Position numbers and translations under genes: made by a program. Below the pieces are notes generated by a model that had not been told where the DNA came from, made no database searches, and worked only from the letters and a program-made list of their open reading frames with translations. Below are positions 49,327-63,497 of a stretch of DNA of 64,000 bases, one piece after another. Location: assembly GCF_037042905.1 (NCBI RefSeq), contig NC_087251.1:41852001-41916000 (forward strand), read 5' to 3'. Within the stretch, counting starts at the first letter, position 1, and each line of letters begins with the position of its first letter. Source of the stretch: Lytechinus pictus (lineage: Eukaryota).

Positions 49327-49699
49327 TTAAGTGAAGCATGTACCTGCTTATCATTGCCAGTTATTTTGAGAGAAGGGCCTCCACTCAATGATTCTGAATT
49401 TCAATATCCTTTGATCTTGTGCCATCTAAAAATCTTTCATGGGGACTTGTGAGTCTTTGATTTTCTTTGCAATGATCATACAATGCATAATTTGCAGACC
49501 ATCATAAAATTATTTCCTTCTTGCTTATAGTTCCTCTGATCATGTCAGAGAAGTTTCTCAGCCAGGTCCTGAAGCTTGACATGAAGTGATGTTAGGCTGT
49601 TCATTCATCCATCTTCCTGTCTGTGTGTAGGGCAGTGATTGGTAGATTTTTCCAACACTGTCCCTGTGGCTAAAGACATGGTTTCCTATATCCAGCATG

Positions 49700-50150
49700 G
49701 AACAAATTTTGGAAATTTTGATGGGTGCTGTCTGTTAGATTTGACATTGCATATTTTGGTAGACTGTTCCAACTCTCCATGACCCTTGGACTGAAGAAGT
49801 GGTTTCGTCCATCCAGTCTGGAAAGAGTTTGGACAATTTTATTAGGTGCTGTTTGTGAGAGTTGTCGTTGGTTCTTGATGACCATTTGGCTGAATATATC
49901 CATGGAAAGATTTTTTCAAAATAATTTATTGGATGTCTTCTTTGAAATTTGACATTTTGCTTCACTACTAGGGTTCATGCATTGTATTGTAATGATTGAT
50001 GGGGGATTATAGACCATTGTGGGATATGAAGTGTACTCCCTCAGGACAAGCCTATGTTGAGGTCCTAACCCATTAGATCTATCTTTCATTGTCGGTGCCT
50101 CGCCTGATCTCTCAGAGTTCATGGTTATGTGATGGATACAGTAGGCACGC
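49700..50150 (-). mobile_element. Decayed CR1-group LINE ORF2 C-terminus
   Basis: RNHFFSPRVMESWNSLP resembles the CR1/L2 C-terminal motif FFSxRVVxxWNxLP. Confidence 0.55.
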
Positions 50151-51403
50151 AAACATTTGGTTCTTGTATGATGGTGAATGAATAAATTAGCTTGACAGGG
50201 GAAAAAATAGTATTTTCCCGATTGGTTTCTATTTTGATCAAAATGCAGTGTTCATTTAAATTCATAGAAATGCCATTGCATCATGTACGGAAAAGGGTAT
50301 ATTTATTTGCAATATATTTTTAATATATTCCATTTGCTCTTTTGAAAAGAAAAGCCCCCCCCCCCCCCATTTATTTTTTTTTATGTGATGATATAAATTG
50401 ACTTGTTTAATGAAAATTATTAGAAATAATACTAAAAAAAATTTTAATTGAAAATTAGAACTCTGTAGGGTCAGTCATGGATAGTTAATGTTGAAAGGAT
50501 GTGAAATGATTGAAAATGGGCAGATACAGGGAATTAGTGATTATCACTGATTTGCTCTAAGCCAATCAGATGCAAGGATCTTCATGAAATGCTTCCCTGG
50601 ATGGATAGTACAGGGAGGTATACAAATAGAGCACAATCAGTGGATTAAATGCTATTTGTATTGAATGGGGGAGGGGGAGATGGTTGTAAGGAAGGGTGGT
50701 GGTTTTGTTCCAGGGCGAATGAAAAGACTACAAAGGAAGGGGAGTAGTTTGGAAAGATTGAGGGGCAGGGGGGTTAAAAGAAATTGCTTCTTGAGGCAAA
50801 TTTCAGATGAATATGAATTAACTTCCCCCCCCCAAAAAAAAAAAAAAGTAGTAACTGTTGCCCCCAGGAACACAATCACTTGGAAAGTTGATCGATTGTC
50901 TTGCATACTATTGGCTACATGAAATATCATTAAAATCATTAACAAAGCCCTTTCATTGTGGCAAGTTGTATACCATGCACAACAGTATCCAGTTGCCCTT
51001 CTCTGTGCACTGAAAAATAGGTCTCTCAGTGGTGATGTCACATATTGTGTGATTTTGTCAGGAAGACCCCAGCTCGGACAAGGCTGCTGGTCATTTTGTG
51101 AGGGGTGGGGTTTGCCCCATTGAATTCAGAGGTCAGCTGCTATGGTATCCTGTATACTTGAATGAATCTTCTTGGCTGCTGGTCATTTTTTTTTGTTCAC
51201 TTTCTTTGAAAAAATGAATTAAAAATCTTATGAATTAAAACTTATTTTAGACTCATTTGTGTATCTATATACGTACTGTGCCAAATCCCCCCTCCCTTAT
51301 CAATTTGACCTGCCTGCCCTGCCCCCTATCAATTTCAACCTGCCCCTTTTTTTCATCCATTTTGACACCCCTTTTCCCTTTTTTATTGGGAATGGGGTGC
51401 CAA

Positions 51404-51906
51404 GGGCCCTGTTGCATAAAACTACTATATAGTCATTTTGCCATCTAATGTTTCCATGTTAGCTACCATTGAATGGTATGACCTTATACAATACACATCA
51501 TAGAGGGCATTAGAAAGAATCATACACAATGTAACTGGAAGTTCCAATATCCTCAGGGCAGAGCCGAGTGTTTGGAATGTTTCTAAAGTAACAAGTGTGT
51601 GCAATTATTCTAATGCCCAAGCAACATGATGTGCATTATTTGTTTAATAAGATAGTGATATGAATTCCTATTTGATAAACCATCATCTCTTCACCATGAC
51701 CGGTCAAAAGAACCGTTTTTTTTTTTCCTTAGCGCATAGAGAAAGGTTGGGATATGCGCTATATAGAAAATATGATCATTAGTAGCACCAATTTTGGCAA
51801 TTTTTCCCTGTTAGCTAAAATGTATTACTGATCATGTGATCGATTTCAGCCAATCATGTGATTAGGATCCATATCACTATTTTTTATTTTTTATGCAACA
51901 GGGCCC
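51404..51906. mobile_element. Harbinger-type MITE with internal inserts
   Basis: TIR GGGCCCTGTTGCATAAAA...TTTTATGCAACAGGGCCC. Confidence 0.72.
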
Positions 51907-51908
51907 AG

Positions 51909-52181
51909 GGCCTGTATTCTGAAAAATCGTGTCATTTTTACAACCCCGTTATTAATTTATGTAGAATGTCTTTATTTATCACATTTCTGTACTTTTCCTT
52001 AAAATGAAATATTAAGTAACCTGGACTTGTTTTCATTGTACTTCCCTTTTTTCATATCGAATAAAGGCAATATGCAAAAAAAATGTATATAAAGCAGCCA
52101 TGAATACCATTTAAAAATTTGTAATGGCATTCAATATAGAAAAGGTAATGCAAAGAAAACACGATTTTCAGAATACCGGCC
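51909..52181. mobile_element. Harbinger-type MITE abutting the previous one
   Basis: TIR GGCCTGTATTCTGAAAAATCGTG...CACGATTTTCAGAATACCGGCC. Confidence 0.7.
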
Positions 52182-53231
52182 AGCTTTTAGGTTGTACAAT
52201 GTGCAGAAGGTAAACCAAAAATTAGAAGGCTTATGCTTGATTGTATTCTTTCAGTTTTTTTTTTAAAGAAAATTTATTGGGCCTACATTTTCCATCTTTC
52301 CCAAGATTTGAGAAGAAAGGCGGAGAGTTTTAAGTTATGAATTAACTACTGAACATTTGTAATAGGCGAGTTCCGTCTCGTTTTCAATGACCCTCACAAT
52401 TCAAATTACCTTCTGCACTGTATAAGCCAAATATTCAAGTTAGTGGCAATTTTGCCGGTGATTATCTTGTAAAATTAGTGAAATGCAAAACCACAACAAT
52501 TTCAGCTTATAAGTTACAAGAATCTTGTCAGTTCGACATTTAGAAATATCTTCAGTTTTTAATATTTTAGAAGAGTGAACTTCACAAAATGAAAATAATT
52601 TTATTCAATACATTTTGATTTTGAACTATATTCTAAATTTGCTTGAATAGTATTTTATGATGTCCTGTATTTTGTCACCTATTTGGTTCATAGTTTTAAT
52701 TAATCATCAATGCATTAAGAAATGCAATTCATAAAGATTATATGGAATTTACAAAACAAAAATGACTATTATTTCAAATTGGCAATGTGAAAGGTTGTTT
52801 AGTTAGACAAATTTTAGTTTTCCAAAGTTTGTAACATCTATTATAAGATGTTTTGCTCAAGTTTTGAATATAGTTAATTCATGTGAAGATACATTTCACT
52901 ATTTTTCAAAATCCGAAAGAAAATGAGGTAGGCAGAATATACATAAAGGGGATTTCAAAATTAGTCATTCGACCATTGCGGGCATTACTATCATGGGCAA
53001 ATTTTAATGTAACCAAACGGTCGCAAAACTAAGTGTGAAAGTCCCTTCAGAGGTAGATCATCTTCTTTGCTCATGAGCAAATAAGATCTGCAGGGGGGAG
53101 AGAAAGAGTTGAGAAAGGAGAGGAGAGAGACAGGGGAAGAGATGGATGAACAGAAAGAAAGAGAGGGAGAATGGCAGAGAGGAAACCGTTTTGTATTAGA
53201 ATAAATACAAGTAGCCAAAAGGAGCTTAACC

Positions 53232-53382
53232 ATTGGCGGCGATTTCATGGGATTTTTGGTCCATATGGGGGGGGGGGGGGGGGGGGGATGGACGACAGCC
53301 CTTTCCAATAAACTTCTGTACAAAATTTTAAAAATCAAAGGGGAAGGGGGGCATGTTCCCTTCACCCGGAATCACCGCCAAT
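53232..53382. mobile_element. Small MITE with a G tract
   Basis: Imperfect TIR ATTGGCGGCGATTTC...GAATCACCGCCAAT. Confidence 0.55.
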
Positions 53383-53618
53383 AGTTGTAACACAATCATT
53401 TATTAATTAATCATCAAGGCAAAATAACAATTCTTTAAAAATTTGGCCATATTTCATTTACACAGCAACTAATAGTTCGGATTTACCAGGTGCACTTGTA
53501 AAAATAGCCCTACCGTATTTTATTCTTTTGGGAGATGAGAGCAATCAAAAACATACAACGAAACATTTTTATTTGTCGAATTCTATAAAGCTTATTTTTT
53601 GTCAGGTGATAATTACCA

Positions 53619-53824
53619 GTACTGACCGCACAGAAACGTTGTTAGGGTAACAATGCGTTCACAGAGGCCCTGTTACAGCAGGTAATGTGGCAGCGATGCC
53701 TAATGTTACAACAATACATTATTTACACATTGAAATACATGTTTTGACTTCACAATCCGGAAGATGTGACTGGGCTTACTGTTAACGTTCTGTTAGACTA
53801 ACAACGTTTCTGTGCGGTCGGTAC
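53619..53824. mobile_element. MITE with ~27-bp TIRs
   Basis: GTACTGACCGCACAGAAACGTTGTTAG...CTAACAACGTTTCTGTGCGGTCGGTAC. Confidence 0.75.
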
Positions 53825-54208
53825 AGAATGCAGATATCAGAAATATATCGTTACTTAGTCCCACCCCATCCCCCCCCCCAAAAAAAAAAAAAAGAGATAG
53901 AAATGTCCATAAAATTAATTCACTTCAAAACGGTCCATTGAAATATTTGCCTTATCACCGGCAGTCTTTTTTTTTTTTTATGTGTAATGGAATTTGCATC
54001 TGAGAGGTTGTATGGTCTACAAATTTTCTACACTTCTGCATCTAACCTGTGCACCAAGAGTGAATGAAGATAATCACCCTAAAAGAAGTAAATATACCAG
54101 GGCACTGAATAAACATAAATCAAAGAGAGGAAGTAATCAATATCAGACAACATAAAAAAATTACAATATATAAATATATTACAATTTTTTTTCATTTGAC
54201 ATTCGTAT

Positions 54209-54577
54209 ATGAATTAATGAATGGATGGATTGATAAATGAATGAATGAATGAACAAATGAGTGATTGGATGGATGGATAAATAAATAAATGAATGCATGT
54301 GGTCATACACAAATCAATGAATGGCTAAGTGAGTGAATGAATGAATGAATGGATGGATGGATGGACGGATGAATGAATGTATGCGAGCATACATGAATTA
54401 ATGAATGGATGGATGGACGGATGGATGGATGGATAGATAGATGAATGCATGTATGTGAGCATGCATGAATATTAATGAATGGATGGATGGCTGAATGGAT
54501 GGATAGATTAATGGATGGATAGATGAATGAATAAATGGGTGAATAGATAGAAGGATGGTTGAATGAATGGATGGATG
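54209..54577 (+). repeat. Degenerate (ATGG/ATGA)n tetranucleotide repeat
   Basis: Seen directly. It explains the His/Ser/Ile-rich ORFs at 54303-54679. Confidence 0.92.
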
Positions 54578-57336
54578 TATGCTCGTCCATGGACTTTCAA
54601 AATTGACCCTAAAGTAAACATTCTTCATTTCAGATCCCTTCTCAAAGGAACGATACCCGCCTAAACAAGTATTTTTCATGTTTTCTCTAGCCTTTATAAT
54701 ACCCTTTTCACGTATCCAGAGTTGGAGATTACTTCTTGGGTTTGGAAATTTTTATACCCTTTTTACTTTATGCTCTAGTACCCTCCCTTCCCTGCTCCCT
54801 CCCCAAGGTTCCTCAGGCAAGCGGAAGATCAACTTGATCTTGATCACCTCCTCAGCATGATGGACTACATCGGGAGAACTTTCCACCATGGTATTTTCAG
54901 GATACTCGTCAACAGAAGTCTACCATCCACGTCCTACTCTTCGTACTAAAATTGAGTCCTTTTGTGGATGGAGGAAGTCAGTCGACTTGCATGGCCATTC
55001 GACAGTGACATCAGACCTCATCTCACCATCAGATAGCTGCGTGCAGATGGGCGGATGCCTTTCAAGTTCCAAGCAACTTTCTCCTCTACAACTAATTCCT
55101 GCTCCATGAATTTCTTCGCTGACCAGGCCGCATGGATGGTTATGTGTAGTCTTCTCGAGTGTAACTCTATTCCACTTCCAATTCTTATTGTGGCTCAGGG
55201 TGTACTTGCAACAGATGGCAATCGATCTTATCGAAAGTCTTGGACCACTCCGGATTACTTCTTTGCTGATGGAAAAACAAAACAGAACAGAAAACAAATG
55301 AAACAATCTGATACATGTTCCGTTTTTCTTCTATGTCATCGAACATCGTTACTCTCGTATCAATCTGAAAAATCCCTGCAACCAAATTAAGTTGATTCCT
55401 GTTGACACACATAATTGCTGTTCAAGACAACTCGAATATATACAAATTTGCAATTTACATAAAATGAGCAAAATAAACAAGCACAATTAAATTTTTGTCA
55501 AAATCTAATGTAAAACAAAAAAAATATATAATAAAAATAAACTAAAGATACATTAAAATACATTGCCACGGGGCATAACAATGGATAACTCTGAATTTGA
55601 AAGAGTAGATCACTATATCTACCTTGGGCAACACATCAGAATGGATCATGAAGAACTGATGGAAGAAATTAAAAGGGGCAAGGGCTGGATGGAACGCTTT
55701 GGTGAATTCCAATGACATTATTAAGAGCAATATGCTTATTTACCTTAAAAGAACAGTTTTAATCGATGTGTTCTACCGGCAATGACCTATGGTTCCGAAA
55801 CCTGGTCTGTAACAAAGAAAATGGAACAGAAACTAAAAACCATGCACTCAACACAGTGTGGAATGTACAATGTACGGATATCAAAACGTGACAGAAAAAC
55901 CATACAATGAATTAGGAGCCAGACTAGAGTAATAGACATATTAAATCAAAGCAATTAAAACAATGAAATGGTGATGAGCTGGCCACCTTGCAAGATTTTT
56001 TGATATAGATGGACCAAACGCATCACAGAATGGAGACCATGGCTATATAGGATCACAAAATCGGGGTAGACAAAAACTGAAATGGAGTGACAAGCTCTCA
56101 AAGTTCATTGGCATAAAGTGGATTGCATCAACACAAGACAAGCACATTTTGGCACCAACTTGAGGAGGCCCTTCACCTTGCGGTGAGCTGAACATGGCTG
56201 ATATAAATAATGATGACATCAAACAATCGCTTATTTTTTTAATAAACATAACTTATGCACAGCACGGTGATATGCAATAAATGAGAGAGATGGTATCACA
56301 CGAACATTATTCATTTAATATTTCATTAAATGTATCATATAATATTTTTATTTTTTGCAAATTTGACAAAAAGGAAGCTCTTCATTTAATCACAATTACA
56401 GCAATGGAAAATGTCTATGGAGAAATAAACTTATTTTTTATGCTTTATAATGAGGAATGAATTTAAATATTTGTTATTTCATATAAAACTGAGAGTAGAA
56501 TACAAAATGTCTAGTGAGTGCATGACGTCATCTTTTTCGTCATTGGTCTACAAGAAGGATATGCATAACTATTTTGTGAAAATTCGAAAATGAAAAATGG
56601 CGTAACTTTTTTATTTCACATCCGATTTTAATCAAGTTTTCAGCGTTATGATTGTTGCATTTTTTCTGCTTATTCAAACCAATTTTGTTGAGGTGGACTT
56701 CACTACTAGAGGCAGAGCTAAGTAACTTTGATAATTTTTTTTTTAATTTACGAAACATCCTATGCACAAGGCACCAGAGCTAGAGCACCCCCCCCCCTTC
56801 CCAACAAAAAAAAAGGAGAAGAGAATAGAGAGGGGGAAGAAAAAGAAGGAGAAAGGAGGAAGAAAGAGAAGGGAATTAGGGAAAAGGAAAGGACGAAAGA
56901 GAGGGAAAGAAAACGAATGTAAAGAATAGAAGATAAGAAAAAAGTAGGGAAAGGGAGAGTAGAATTAAATGCCCTATTTCAATATACCCTTATTCATATA
57001 CTTTTAATAAATGCCCCTTTTCTTTTCTAGTTTGTTCTGTTGATGTTCTGATTGCGTTCCTTATCTTTGAGAACAAGTGTTCCTAAATGAAGGGGGAAAA
57101 ATTGTAAGAATAATCCTACGTGCCTTGAAGACCCAGACCAGACCAAAAAGTGAAATTGAAAAATCCATATAGGCGGATCCAGGGGGCGAGGGGCCTGGCC
57201 CATTCCCCCTATTGGCGGATAAAAAAGGGGGAGAAATAGGGGGGAAGAAAAAGAAGGGAAAAGAGAGGAGAAAAAAGAAGAGGAAAAAAGAAAAAGAGGA
57301 GGAAGACGAATGAATGAAATAATGTGAGGGGAATAT

Positions 57337-57473
57337 CAGGGGAGTGTTTCCGACAAAGTCCCATTTTATCAGACAGTTACCATAGTAACAGTGCTTCTTA
57401 GCCAATCAGATTCAAGGAAAGATGTCAGATCTGACAACTTGTCGGACGAAAATGTTGATAAAACGCTCCCCTG
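57337..57473. mobile_element. Small MITE (GGGGAG termini)
   Basis: CAGGGGAGTGTTT...AAACGCTCCCCTG. Confidence 0.65.
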
Positions 57474-59555
57474 GAAAATAATTTTGAAAAATCTTTATAT
57501 CACAATATTTAATTTGCGCTCGCATTGCAGATGAGAGACATATCTTGCTAAATGAATAGGCTGATATGGGCCTTAAAATGTCAAGTTTTGAAGTCAATAT
57601 ACAAAACGTATTTTAGCTCGGACATTGAGCTTTCATTATTTTGTTTGATTTACAAATTTACAAAATTACAAACAGTGATCTGTAAATGTCCGTTATATTT
57701 TCTTTTCGCGATTTGCGCTCGCATTAAATGTTAAATATATATATATATATATAAACACATGCTTCCTATTCCTAATGACAAAAGTGTTTTAAAATGTCCA
57801 GTTTTCAGGCATTAATATCATCAAACCTCGCGCTTTCATTGGGTTCATTACATTGATAAATAAATAAGATAACAATATTTTCATAAATTGCTAATAATTA
57901 AATTGTCCCTTTTTTGGGAAAGGAATATCGACAAGCATTATCTCGCGCTTATAGGAAGATAGTCATAATTTTTCATATGATGAGAAAATGTCCTTAGAAT
58001 GCCCTGGTCCTAGGTCAAAATCATTTATTAAGTGCAATCCGGATATCCACTTCACAATTTTCCTATACAGTGCTTGAATTAGTTTTTAAATGGACCCTAT
58101 TTACAATCGGAATATCAAATATTTCCAGCTCGCGCTTCGCGCTTGCATTATTGATTTTCATGATAAAAAATGTATTTAGAATGACAAGATTCTAGGTCTA
58201 AATCTGAAACATGAGCACGTGTGTTTGAGATTAGCAGCTTGTTCTTTATTTAATATGCTTAAATTTATACGCAGTTCAGAATATATAAAAAAAAAAAATC
58301 GGCTGAAAAGCAGTGAAAATGCATAAAGCTGACATTTCTGTATTAATTAGTTTATATTAATTAAGCTTTCGACTGGTATGATTTGTCAATTTTACTTTTG
58401 GGCTTGTTCTGGGTCTTCAAAGTTTCATGAGTCACGTGAGTGGATAGATAAGTCATTTTTTTCTTCTTCGTGTTAAGATATAGTGCCATGCATTTTCGAA
58501 AGAAAAGGTGCCCTTTCTCCATGTGCCCCTCCCCCCTCTATTTGTACTTGGCTCTGCCCCCTCTGCATTTTTTTGTTGTTGACTAAGAAACGTATTTGTA
58601 GGAATTTGTAAAATTGTCCAAACTGCTTTTGAGGTTGGTGTATTCCTTTATTGGAATAGATATACAAAGACCGAGTGCTAGAATATTCGTATTAAGGTCA
58701 GTACAGTATATATGCTCCACGTCTGCATGTTTTTTCGATGAGATAGTACATATATCGTATCCATGTCTATAATTAAAAAAAAATTAAATCAATATATATC
58801 AAAGTCTTTCATCTCGCGCTTTGTTTTTGCAATATTTTAAATGAGATGTGGGACGTTTACAGATCTTGATATGAAAATTGCTGTTGTTGTTGTTGTTCGT
58901 TTTGGGCCTGTTTCACGCCCTAGTAGTCTCCTCGGTAGACACTTAGTGTTGAGAACTCAAAGGTAGAAAAACTGCTAGGTAATTGTTTTGTTGGCTAGTT
59001 TGGCTAGATGCATACGCTGGTGGATGAGACAAATGCTACCACCGATGCTCTAATAATAGATTGCATTTGCTTGGTCATTGCAGGGTTGAAGCCCAGGAGG
59101 GTGACCACCGAGATCTCTCTGAGATGGTATGGAGTCTTTCATTTATCCACAATGGGTCCGATTGTACATCTTCACATGTAGACAAATTAAACTTGCATCA
59201 TTACATACATCTCAGAGCTTCTTTTTGTTTCATTTAATTTATGGAGTATCGTACAAATTTAAGTCAATTTTTACCTGAGGGGGGGGGGGGGGGTAATATT
59301 TTAATTTTTCAAGAATCACCCGATGTTCGTTTAACCCTAAATTACTAAATTAACCCTATAAAAGGCCTTCATCTCCCCGTATTGTGTCTGTATAATCATG
59401 TGTATATATTGCAACTTACATTATGTTCCCCAACCCGACCACTACTCCTTATTGTCCCACGGTGATAATGACATTCCTTCCATCCCCAGACCAAGTGTGT
59501 AAACATTGACCATACTGTATTACCCCCATCATAAACCCCTCGTTCTATCCATCTG

Positions 59556-59825
59556 GGCCCCGTCTTACAAAGAGTTGCGATTGATCCGATCAATCACAAC
59601 TATGGACGGCCAGCAATGTCAATATCTATTATGCATGTTTGTTCAAAATATTTTCTAACTATGATGTATATTCATGCATTCATTGTTTTCTTGAAAATTC
59701 ACTGTGCTTCTCTTTGTTTACAAAGGACTTTGTGTAAATTTCCTGAGGAAAAAATTATGACACTGATGGATTTCCATAGACTTACGATTGATTGGATCAA
59801 GCGTAACTCTTTGGAAGACGGGCCC
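59556..59825. mobile_element. Harbinger-type MITE with CTG TSD
   Basis: CTG|GGCCCCGTCTTACAAAGAGTTGCGATTGATCC...GGATCAAGCGTAACTCTTTGGAAGACGGGCCC|CTG. Confidence 0.8.
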
Positions 59826-60208
59826 CTGGTCTATACCCCCATTATCACCATGCCACTCAGAAAATATTATGTAACCATGTACAGTGTATAACATGTTTTA
59901 GTTTAGTGAAGAATAAAGTCACCGAGTTGTGATTGTGACTCCAAGCCAAGCAGTCATGCCCAGTTCTTGAGTAGAGATCGAGACCGAGTACAAGATCAAG
60001 TGTGTATTAGAGTCAGTTACTGCTAAAATACGTTGTCTGTACGTACGGGACTCCAAGCTCTTCAGTCTATGTATTGGTGAGTGAGCCAACGCAGTTCAGC
60101 GGAACAACCAAAATACAGTCACAGAGACTGAAGCTTTTGGTCTAGGTTAACCTTGTTAAGTTGTTCATTGAATGTATGAGTGGGTCAAGCTCTTTTTCTA
60201 ACTCTAAG

Positions 60209-62085
60209 CAAGGCTCGACATTAGCGGTGGCCCGGGGCCACCAGAAATTCACTTCGGGCAACCATTATTGATAAAATGTTAAGTTTTGGTGGCCCGAATC
60301 GGGCAACCAATAATTTTCAAAGTAGCGCAATTTTTCTCCCGATTTTGCACGCATTTATCAACATTCTACAGTTCAAATTGCAAGCCAGTTCGTCATGCGC
60401 CCTTTTTGTTGATCTACACACAAATACACACACACAAAGTTTGCATATTAGGCCTACAGCTATAGCATACAGTAGCTATTATCCAGCCAGCCGCGCCGGC
60501 CGGCCAGCTGGCGTGAGTTTGCATGAAGCCACTGCATACAGCTGTGCTCTAGATCTAGCTCAGCCTATTCAGACTCTGGGAGCTGCGATAAAAAATGTTG
60601 CTGCTAAGAAATCTTCCACAGAACTTTGAAAATCTAAGTCAAAGTCACATTTTACACCAATGAAATAACATTCTATAGTCTATATTACGAAAATTTGGTG
60701 TACCCTGATTATTTGCAAGCATTAAGAAGAGGAATTATGACCTCTCTTTTGACTACAAAAGACCGATTTCCAAATGAATTAATACACATAAAAACACATA
60801 GGCAAGTACATCACAGTCCCACATGTGCATTTGTATGTATGTTGATACTTGGTTTCTTTAGAAGCTGTGTCTTTTCTAGCCAAAAATGAACAGACAGTTC
60901 CTTTCTTTCTTGTTTATAAATGACTTCTTAAACCACTCTTGAGAAAGTAAGTACTTTGGGAAGGCATTTCATCGATATGAAATGTGAATTTTTCCAACAT
61001 TTTGGCAAATATAGGGAAGGACTTTTCCCACAGTCACACTTTTTTTCCAGATATAACTTTTGCCGTTTTCTTATTTTTTTTCTTTCATTTTGTTTACAGT
61101 GGTTAAACCATTTATACCCCTTCCCATTGAATGTGCCTGATAAAAAAATATGTTTCTACTGAAAATTAAATACTACAAACTAAAGGATATAAAAATAGAA
61201 ATGTGCCATTCCCAGAAGGTAAGTGAAAATTATTTGCTTGGCTTTTAATTATATTCCAGTCAGAATAGACTGTTGCCACAGCTGTTAAAAAACATTCGTA
61301 ATGGCTTCTTAATTTTCCCCTTTTCCCCATGTTTATATTAATTTTGTTTAATTCATTTTTCTTTCATTTTCTTTTCTTTTTTTTCTCTCTAATTTTCTTT
61401 TTCCCTGTTCTTTGTTTTTTCTTTCTTCATTTTCTTTCTTTTGTTTTATTTCACTTATTTCTTTTATTATTTTTGTTTTCTTTTTGTAATATACTTTTTG
61501 AAAATTATTTTCATTTGTTTTCCCCTTTTATGCATTATTCTAATTTTGCAGCATATTTTTCTGTGATTTTCTCCTGCTATAATATTCTGCAAAAGAGAAA
61601 ACAGAAATAAACTGGATTTGGGGCCTGCATAATCTAGGTTTCAGGATTCAAAGAGGAAGAAATGAAAAACCATTGTTTTGTACATCTATCTGAGTTTGCT
61701 ATGCACTATTTTTTTTTTTTACCATTATGAGTGTGTGTCTATACCGAGATAAAAAAAAAAGTCCACACAACCTGCGAACAATAAAATTCATTTACTCTCT
61801 TTCAATCATTTCATTTTTACAACGATAGAAACAATTTATATTTTACCACAAACCAATTAGCAAAGTAAAAAACAAAAATAACAGCAAACAAGGTTTACAT
61901 ACAAGATGATAAAGTGAAAGTAACTTAGTGGTATTGGCTGCAGAATTAATATTTCAGAAGTTTGTTTTATTAATTTTTAATGTTTTTCTTTATATTTTTC
62001 GGGCCACCAAAAAGAATTATTTGATGGTTTTGGTGGCCCGAACGGGCCACCACCAAAAAAAGTTAATGTGGTCTGTGGAGCCTTG
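60209..62085. mobile_element. Non-autonomous DNA transposon (hAT/P-like) with 7-bp TSD
   Basis: CTCTAAG at 60202-60208 and 62086-62092, TIR CAAGGCTC...GAGCCTTG, and subterminal GGTGGCCCG/CGGGCCACC repeats at both ends. Confidence 0.8.
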
Positions 62086-62709
62086 CTCTAAGTCTAAGTA
62101 ATGATGCGGACTGTGAAGACAAACATCGATAGAATAGAGGAGGTGCATGATTTGCTTTTTTAAAATAATTTGGGTGTTTTGAAGATTTTCGTGACGATGA
62201 CGCAGAGTGCCACAAATTGTAGCTCAGCATCATCGTCACGAAAATCAGCATGCTCGCATCCGAGGCTCCCGGCCCGCCGGGCGCCAGCGTGATACCGAGG
62301 CGATAGCCTGCTGGCTGCCTCCGATAACTAGCTCCGGTATAATCGGGCTTGGAAAGTCAGTTCACAAATACCGGTAAGTGGCTAAAACAGGGGCAATATA
62401 CTTACGCACACCGACAGTCCATGACAATTTAGAAACAAATACTTCAAATCCTTTCCTTGATGCCATTTCGGGGATTTTGTAGTCAAGTATTATAACTAGC
62501 CATGCCAGAGTCTTAGAGAAGCGCGTTCGCAGTGGTAATTGAGAAATCGCACGAAACTATGGTGTTAGCACTAAGGCGAATAAAAAAAGGGAAAAATTAA
62601 TGTGGGCATGGGATACAACACAACAACATGCTCAGCTCAGCAAGTTCACTGAATGTGTTCAGAGTAAGGGTCTGTTGAACGAGAAAATATTTTGAGCAGT
62701 TATGTTATA

Positions 62710-62832
62710 CCAAGGTTTTTTACCTGGCTGCTAAGAAAGCACGAATGCCTGTGAGCAAGCAACCAGGGGACCAACCGCTTTAGGTCCTCTCCGAGGGACC
62801 TGGTAATGAGAATGCCTTACTAAAGGGCACTA
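62710..62832 (-). mobile_element. SINE fragment (core and 3' part)
   Basis: Minus strand GTGCCCTTTAGTAAGGCA...GGTCCCTCGGAGAGGACC resembles a SINE core. The tRNA head is missing. Confidence 0.4.
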
Positions 62833-62902
62833 TCTTGTATGATGTATCTGAAAAAAAGAGTTGTTTAGTCAATTCGTATCAATCTACAATGTTTCTTGTT
62901 AA

Positions 62903-63497
62903 GGGAAAAGTTCACCCCAACGAGAAGTTGATTTGAATATAAAAAGAGAAAAATCCAACAAGCATATAACGCTGAAAATTTCACTAAAATTTGATGTAAA
63001 ATAAAAAGTTATGACATTTTAAAGTTTTGCTTAATTTCACAAAACAGTTATATGCACATGCTGGTCGGTATGCAAATGAGGAGAATGATGACGTTATCCA
63101 CTCACTATTTTTTTTATAAATTATATGAAATATTCTAATTTTCTCCTCATTGTCAAGTGAAACAATGATTAATTCCTCACTGAACTTGTGGAACTAGCAT
63201 TGTTTAATACTATATGGTTCAGTCAAGTTGGTCCTTATTTTCAAATATGTAAAAATTAAATATTGTATAATTCAAACAATAAAAAACAAAAAATACAGTG
63301 AGTGATGGACATCATCGACTGTCTCATTTGCATGTCACTGAATTGTGCATATCACTGTTTTGAGAAAAATAGGCGAAATTTTAAAGTGTCATAACTTTCT
63401 TATTTTACATCCGATTTTGATGAAATATTCAGTGTAATGCTAGTTTAATATTTCTCTATTTATTCAAATCAACATTTTTCTGAGGTGGACTTGACCT
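62903..63497. mobile_element. Kolobok-type MITE
   Basis: TTAA|GGGAAAAGTTCACC...GGTGGACTTGACCT|TTAA with long imperfect arms. A decayed relative lies at about 56230-56705. Confidence 0.72.

Noticed and set aside
56728..57405. Lys/Glu/Arg- and Phe-rich ORFs (also 61329-61610)
   Set aside because: Translations of purine or pyrimidine low-complexity tracts inside repeats.
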